From: Candidatus Tanganyikabacteria bacterium
Lineage (GTDB): Bacteria > Cyanobacteriota > Sericytochromatia > S15B-MN24 > VGJW01
Assembly: GCA_016867265.1 (NCBI GenBank)
Contig: VGJW01000008.1
Span: forward strand, 458-64,457
Reading direction: 5' to 3'
DNA length: 64,000 nucleotides
Numbering within the stretch: the stretch's first letter is position 1; each line of letters opens with the position of its first letter. Below the pieces are notes generated by a model. It ran no database searches, was not told the DNA's origin, and saw only the letters and a list, made by a program, of their open reading frames with translations. Made by a program: the position numbers and the translations under genes. Below are positions 59,350 to 64,000 of the stretch, piece by piece.

Positions 59350-61546
59350 TCAGTCCCAGATGACGTCGAAGGCCAGCAGACCCTCTCCATCCGTTGCCTC
59401 GTAGAGGCGGTCGCCGTTGTCGGTCGCCCTGACGCAGGTCGTGAAGCGCAATCCGGTGACCTTCACGGAGCCCGTCCAGGGCGTCGCGACGATCGCGCCA
59501 TCGGCGACCCGAGCCACCGTCACCCGGTTGTCGAGGCCGCCCAAAGCCACATATCGGCCATCGGGTGACATCGCCAAGGCCAGGATCGCTGCATCCGCCC
59601 GCCACTCCCTCAGCGTGATGCCGTCCGGAACCGTGAGCACGACCACCTTGCCCTCACGATCGCCAACGACGACACGTGCTGCATCGCCGGAAAGGGCCAA
59701 CGCGTCGACGCCGCGACCCACGGGCAGTGACGTCATGATCTCGCGGCCATCCGCAATATCCACGACCCGCAGCAGGAGGTCTTCCCCGCCATAGGCTAGG
59801 CGCGTGATCTGGGCGTCCATGGCGTACAGGGCACCGAACGCCGGGAGCGAGACCAAGGTGCCAGTTTGCCAACTGCGCAGCTGCGCCAGCCCATCCGAGC
59901 CGATGCGCCAGTAGCGCGTTTCGTTGGCGAAGCCGAGGATACCCGTGACGGCAACCTGGGCGTCCCCGACGGATTCGGAGGAAACAGCCGTCGACACGTC
60001 CCCCTCACCAAGACCGGAGAGGGTCCGGAGCGCCACGGTCCCCTGGGAGGTACCCGTCAGGACCTGATACCCGGGATCGAGCAACCGACTGGTGAGCCAG
60101 ATGCTGCGGACAGGCTGACCGGCATCCCAGGTGTGGGCCAGGCCGCCATCATCCCCCCTGTATATCCGGACGAGGCCATCTGCCCTCCGGGCCAGCGCGA
60201 TGGCCTTGCGGTCGCCGGAAACATCCAGAACGTCAAACGGATCCCCCTGGGCAAGAGTCATGCGGTAGGTGAACCGCAGGCCGGGCGCTGGTGTGGGTGT
60301 TAGTGCAGGTGTTGGTGCGGGTGTCGGCGAGGGAGAGGGCGTCGGTGAGGGCGCAGGAGTGGGCGTGGACACAGGCACCGCGGATGGAGACGGGCTCGGG
60401 GTCACCGCCGGCAAGGTCGTCTCCGGCGCCGGCGTAAGTTGGACGTCCCCTGGCGTCGTGGTCGGCGCAGGCAAGGTGGCCGAAGGAGTCGGAGCGGGTG
60501 ATGGCGTGACCGGAGCCGGGCTTGCCGGAAAAGAAGACGAAGGACCCGGTGACGGCGTGACCGGAGTCGACGATGGCGACATCGAGGGCGAGGGGGAAGA
60601 TACAGGCTCTGGCGTCGTCCCCGGCTCGGTTGACGGCGCGGCTCGGGTCGAGGCGACAGGCCTGGGGGATGGACTCAGCAAGACCCAAGGCTTCCCCTTG
60701 GAGGCAAGGGCGAGCGACGGCACCTCGACGAGCCCCCCGGGGCCCACCGACAGAAATACGTTTGCGTAGGGACGCACCACCCCAAGTCCGGGATGCCAGA
60801 CCAGAAGGTCATGTGCGCCGGCCGGCACCCCGTCCAGCCGCCACGAGCCATCCGCCGCGACCTTGGTCCCGTAGGGAGAGCCCGCAAGCAGAACCTCCGC
60901 GTCAGGAAGCACCTCGGAGAGAGCGATTGCATCGGGCAGCAGGAGACGTCCACGGAGCGTGCCGACAGGCTGCAGACGCAACGCAAGGCTCAGGGACCCG
61001 GCGCTCCCATCGGCGCGTATGTCACGCAACCAGGCCTTGACAGCCGAGCTCCGGACAACCTCGAGGTTGTAGGTGCCTTGGGGTACGTCAAGGGCGAAGC
61101 GACCCTCGGCATCCGTCAAGGCACGATGGAGCAGCGCGGAGGGCACCCTGCGTGAGGCAGCACCGTTCGCCACCAAGCCTGCCGCGTCCTGACCCACGAG
61201 CCCTGCCGCGTAATCGGCGATGAGCGAAGCCACATCGTTGGCGACCAACCCTGCGCCAAAGCCGTCCGGCAGCATGCCGACAGGAAAGGTCCGCACCAGG
61301 ATGCCCGCGACCGGCTTGCCGGCCTCATCCAGAACCCGCCCCCCCCAAGGACACGCGTGTCGACTCCGGAACAACCGGCCCCGCTCCGGGCGTCGGTGCT
61401 GCGGGGGCAGGGCCAGCCGTGGCGGCTCCCGTCGAGGATCCGGTTCCGGTAAGGCCTGAGCCAAAGCCTGCCCGGCAACCTGCAGCAAGAACGGCCAGCA
61501 ACAGAATCGGGCACGCCCAGCCCATGCCCCAGCGGACCGTAACCAT
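59350..61546 (-). pseudogene. WD40 lipoprotein paralog of the 55624 gene, frameshifted in a G8 run (61339-61346)
   Basis: The signal/AAGC lipobox ORF (61325-61546) joins GRVLDEAGKPVAG of the 59350 ORF if one G is removed. Confidence 0.8.
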
Positions 61547-61606
61547 ACCTTGGCCATACTACCCGCCCAAGGGCCGCATGGCCCCACCATCGGGCATGAT
61601 GACGCC

Positions 61607-62041
61607 ATGACGTTGCAAGCTTGGTCCCTCGTGCTGGTGACGACCCTGCTGTGGGGCTTGGTACCGCTATTCGACAAACTGGCGTTGACCCGGGCCGCCG
61701 ACAGCCCGCTTGCCGGCGTGGCCGTGCGTCTCGCCACCGCGGCCCTCATCGGCCTGCCCTTGTTGTTCGCCGCATCGGGCGGTACGGGTGCTTTCCGCAG
61801 GATTCCGCCGACGGCATGGGGTTGGTTTGCGGCCAGTGGCCTGGCCTCGCTGGTTATCGCCCAGATCGCCTGGTATGCCCTGCTCAAGGACGCTCAGGTC
61901 TCGAAGACCTTCCCATTCATGTTTGCGGCCGCTCCCGTGGTGACGCTCCTGCTCGGGGTGCTGGTCCTGCACGAGCCCCTGACGCTGCGCCAGGTGATCG
62001 GCGGGGTGCTGGTCGTGCTCGGGGGGGCGCTGCTGCTTTAG
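61607..62041 (+). CDS. EamA/DMT family transporter (single domain)
   Basis: LLWGLVPLFDKLAL, WYALLK and LGVLVLHEPLTLRQVIGG motifs. Confidence 0.88.
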   Translation: MTLQAWSLVLVTTLLWGLVPLFDKLALTRAADSPLAGVAVRLATAALIGLPLLFAASGGTGAFRRIPPTAWGWFAASGLASLVIAQIAWYALLKDAQVSKTFPFMFAAAPVVTLLLGVLVLHEPLTLRQVIGGVLVVLGGALLL

Positions 62042-62085
62042 GAACAGGCGGCTGCGGCAGGCAGGCTACAATGCCGGCACACCGC

Positions 62086-62739
62086 ATGAAGATATCCGTG
62101 TCGCACGATAAGGAGTCCGGAAGGGTCAGGCGCTTCGCCCTCGCCGCCGTCCTCGCCGTCCCGGCTTCGGCCGTGGCGATGCCCCCTGCCGTGGCCTCGA
62201 CCATGGCCGTGCTGGACCTGCGGCAGGACCAGACCCTGGTGTCGGGTGGCCTGTATACCTTCGCGGTGGACCGCACCCTGGATGATCGCACCGCGCTGGG
62301 ACTCGCCGTGGCCCCCCTGCTGGGCGTGGCGGGCGTGCGCTGGACGCGACGCCTGGCAGGCGGGGCCGACGAACCCTCCTGGGGCTTCAGCCTGCACGTG
62401 GGCACCACCCCCCCGGACTTCACGGGCATCCCGAAGACCGAGGCCTATGGCTCAGTGCTCGCGCCGCAGACGGGCCTGGGCTACCTCACGGACACCTATG
62501 CAGGGTGGACAGCCGTGGTCCATCCCCAACTCGTGGGCTCCCTGCCCCTCGGCCCGCTGCGCCTGCGCCTCGCCGTCGGGCCCGCCGCCCTGCTGAGCAG
62601 CCTGTCCCATCAGGGAGGCCAGAAAGTTCGCGGCGACCTGCTGCTGGTCATCAACCCGGAAGTGGCCCTGCGCATCCTGCCGCAGGCCGAACTGACGCTG
62701 CTGGGCCAGGGCCTCGTCGGCTTGAGGGCCCTGCTGTGA
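62086..62739 (+). CDS. Secreted hypothetical protein (small beta-barrel-like)
   Basis: Signal-like RRFALAAVLAVPASAVA; amphipathic strands; start uncertain (62071 or 62086). Confidence 0.55.
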   Translation: MKISVSHDKESGRVRRFALAAVLAVPASAVAMPPAVASTMAVLDLRQDQTLVSGGLYTFAVDRTLDDRTALGLAVAPLLGVAGVRWTRRLAGGADEPSWGFSLHVGTTPPDFTGIPKTEAYGSVLAPQTGLGYLTDTYAGWTAVVHPQLVGSLPLGPLRLRLAVGPAALLSSLSHQGGQKVRGDLLLVINPEVALRILPQAELTLLGQGLVGLRALL

Positions 62740-63095
62740 AACAGCCGCGCCTCGCCATGCCTTCCCGCTTCTTCCTGATGCTGGCGCTTGCGGGCTGCAT
62801 CAACATCCCCCTCGCCTCGCAGACCTGGGTCATTCGCCCCGACGAGGGCTGCGCGCCAGCCAGCGGCCCCGCACGCAGGCGCTTCCTGCCCGAGTGCCCC
62901 GAGCCCACGCCCAGCCCTCAGCCCCCCTCCGGACCGACAGCCACGCCTGCACCTGGCCCGGCCGATTCGCCCACGCCGTCTCCGACGCCGGAACCAAGCG
63001 CGTCGCCTGCGCCCTCGCCTACGCCCATCCCGACCGAGTCACCCACGCCCGTACCGCTGCTGCAGCCATCGGACCCGCCCCTGATCGAGGTCTGA
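62736..63095 (+). CDS. Small Pro/Thr-rich lipoprotein
   Basis: GTGA overlap with the upstream gene; LAGC lipobox; PTPSP repeats. Confidence 0.65.
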   Translation: MKQPRLAMPSRFFLMLALAGCINIPLASQTWVIRPDEGCAPASGPARRRFLPECPEPTPSPQPPSGPTATPAPGPADSPTPSPTPEPSASPAPSPTPIPTESPTPVPLLQPSDPPLIEV

Positions 63096-63304
63096 TCACG
63101 AGCGGTATCCGAGGGCCACCCTACGCCTCCGCCACCTCGAAGCCGACGACGTTGCGCACCTCGCGGCCGAAGATGATCCCGACGAGCGTCACGATACCTC
63201 GGGACCGCGGCAGAACCAGGCTGTAGTCCGCACATCCATTCCAGTGGCACAATCCTCAGGCAAGACTCTTTCCACCAAGACGCCCCGGGCCCACCATCCG
63301 GGAG

Positions 63305-64000
63305 ATGCAGGAGCTCCCCTTGGCGCAGCCTTTCCGCAGCCATCCTCTTTTCTCGGCCGCCACGCTCACCTTCGGTGCGTGGACCGGAAGCATCCTTGCG
63401 GGATGCGCGCCCGTCAGCCCGGGTTCCGCCATCCAGGCCACCGCCACGGCATCTCCTGTCCCCGGCCCGACGGGCACACCCGTGGCCACACCGACCGCGA
63501 CACCCGTTCCGACATCCACCCCCGGAACCACGCCACCGCGGATGGCGACGGCGAGAGAGCTGTTCTTCCCGACCTCGGCCAGCATGTCGGCCGTCTTCCG
63601 CGCAATCAACACAAGTGAGACCGTCGTGACGTCAGAAGCGTCGGGAAACAGCCGTTGCGTGAAGACCGAGGAGGCCACCTTCACCGTCGAAGGCTGGTCC
63701 GATGACCTCGCCGTCGTGCGTCATGCCACGACCCTCGTCGCGACGGCCAGCGAAACCTCGGGATTCGGGCAGTGCTATTTCTTCCCGGCGGGGCAACCGT
63801 CGACCGGGTCCCTCTCCGTCCTGAGCGACGGCTCTGTCCTCACGCCCGAAGGCACGTTCTCGGCCACCATCCTGACAGAGGCAGGTGCCGTCATTCACCG
63901 GGAACCGAATGGCACCACGATGACGGCGCGCCTGGACGGACAGGAGCGCCTGACTGTCCAGGCGGGAACCTTCAACACCCTGCGCCTGGTCCTGACCTTG
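63305..64000 (+). CDS. Lipoprotein, partial (runs off the window); ExxTVxAGTF motif
   Basis: Open frame from ATG 63305 (or TTG 63320 after AGGAG) to the window end; LAGC lipobox; PT linker; ERLTVQAGTFNTLRL. Confidence 0.7.
   Translation, partial: MQELPLAQPFRSHPLFSAATLTFGAWTGSILAGCAPVSPGSAIQATATASPVPGPTGTPVATPTATPVPTSTPGTTPPRMATARELFFPTSASMSAVFRAINTSETVVTSEASGNSRCVKTEEATFTVEGWSDDLAVVRHATTLVATASETSGFGQCYFFPAGQPSTGSLSVLSDGSVLTPEGTFSATILTEAGAVIHREPNGTTMTARLDGQERLTVQAGTFNTLRLVLTL

Noticed and set aside
59350..61887. 845-aa ORF with a long N-terminal extension
   Set aside because: The extension overlaps the EamA gene on the other strand; the real N-terminus is in another frame across the G8 tract.
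63121..63252. Short minus-strand frame ending VTLVGIIFGREVRNVVGFEVAEA
   Set aside because: Looks coding but is under 45 codons with no confident start; possibly a gene remnant, not supportable.

Overview
GC-rich bacterial window with about 45 protein-coding genes. I found no rRNA, tRNA, CRISPR array or mobile element. Housekeeping and accessory genes include a chlamydial/plastid-type fabI, an OmpR-family two-component pair, sdhCAB, a DeaD-like RNA helicase, NfeD-SPFH, an M20 peptidase, SDRs, a MerR-VIT/vWA-DNA adenine methylase operon and an Hhe-like DUF4011 helicase-nuclease. The many IPT/TIG lipoproteins and the 'LVxNDxAx' octapeptide repeats suggest Candidatus Sericytochromatia; this is an inference from protein style only. 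Main observations: (1) In several lipoprotein pairs the C-terminal beta-strand of one gene mimics the N-terminal strand preceding a conserved R-x-x-Q loop in the next gene, suggesting a type V pilus-like donor-strand polymer system. (2) Five exactly spaced sigma28-like promoters (CA[A/C]G-N15-NNCGA...) precede non-flagellar genes, three of which have no signal peptide but carry an FlgM-like D-x-[VL]-x-L-S-x-x-A motif; a soluble protein with two degenerate FlhA-C-like domains lies divergent to one of the five genes. Together these hint at flagellar-T3SS export of effectors. (3) A DsbA/FrnE gene has an in-frame UGA in its UxxC motif plus a downstream SECIS-like hairpin. (4) Three genes carry frameshifts, which could be assembly indels, decay or phase variation.
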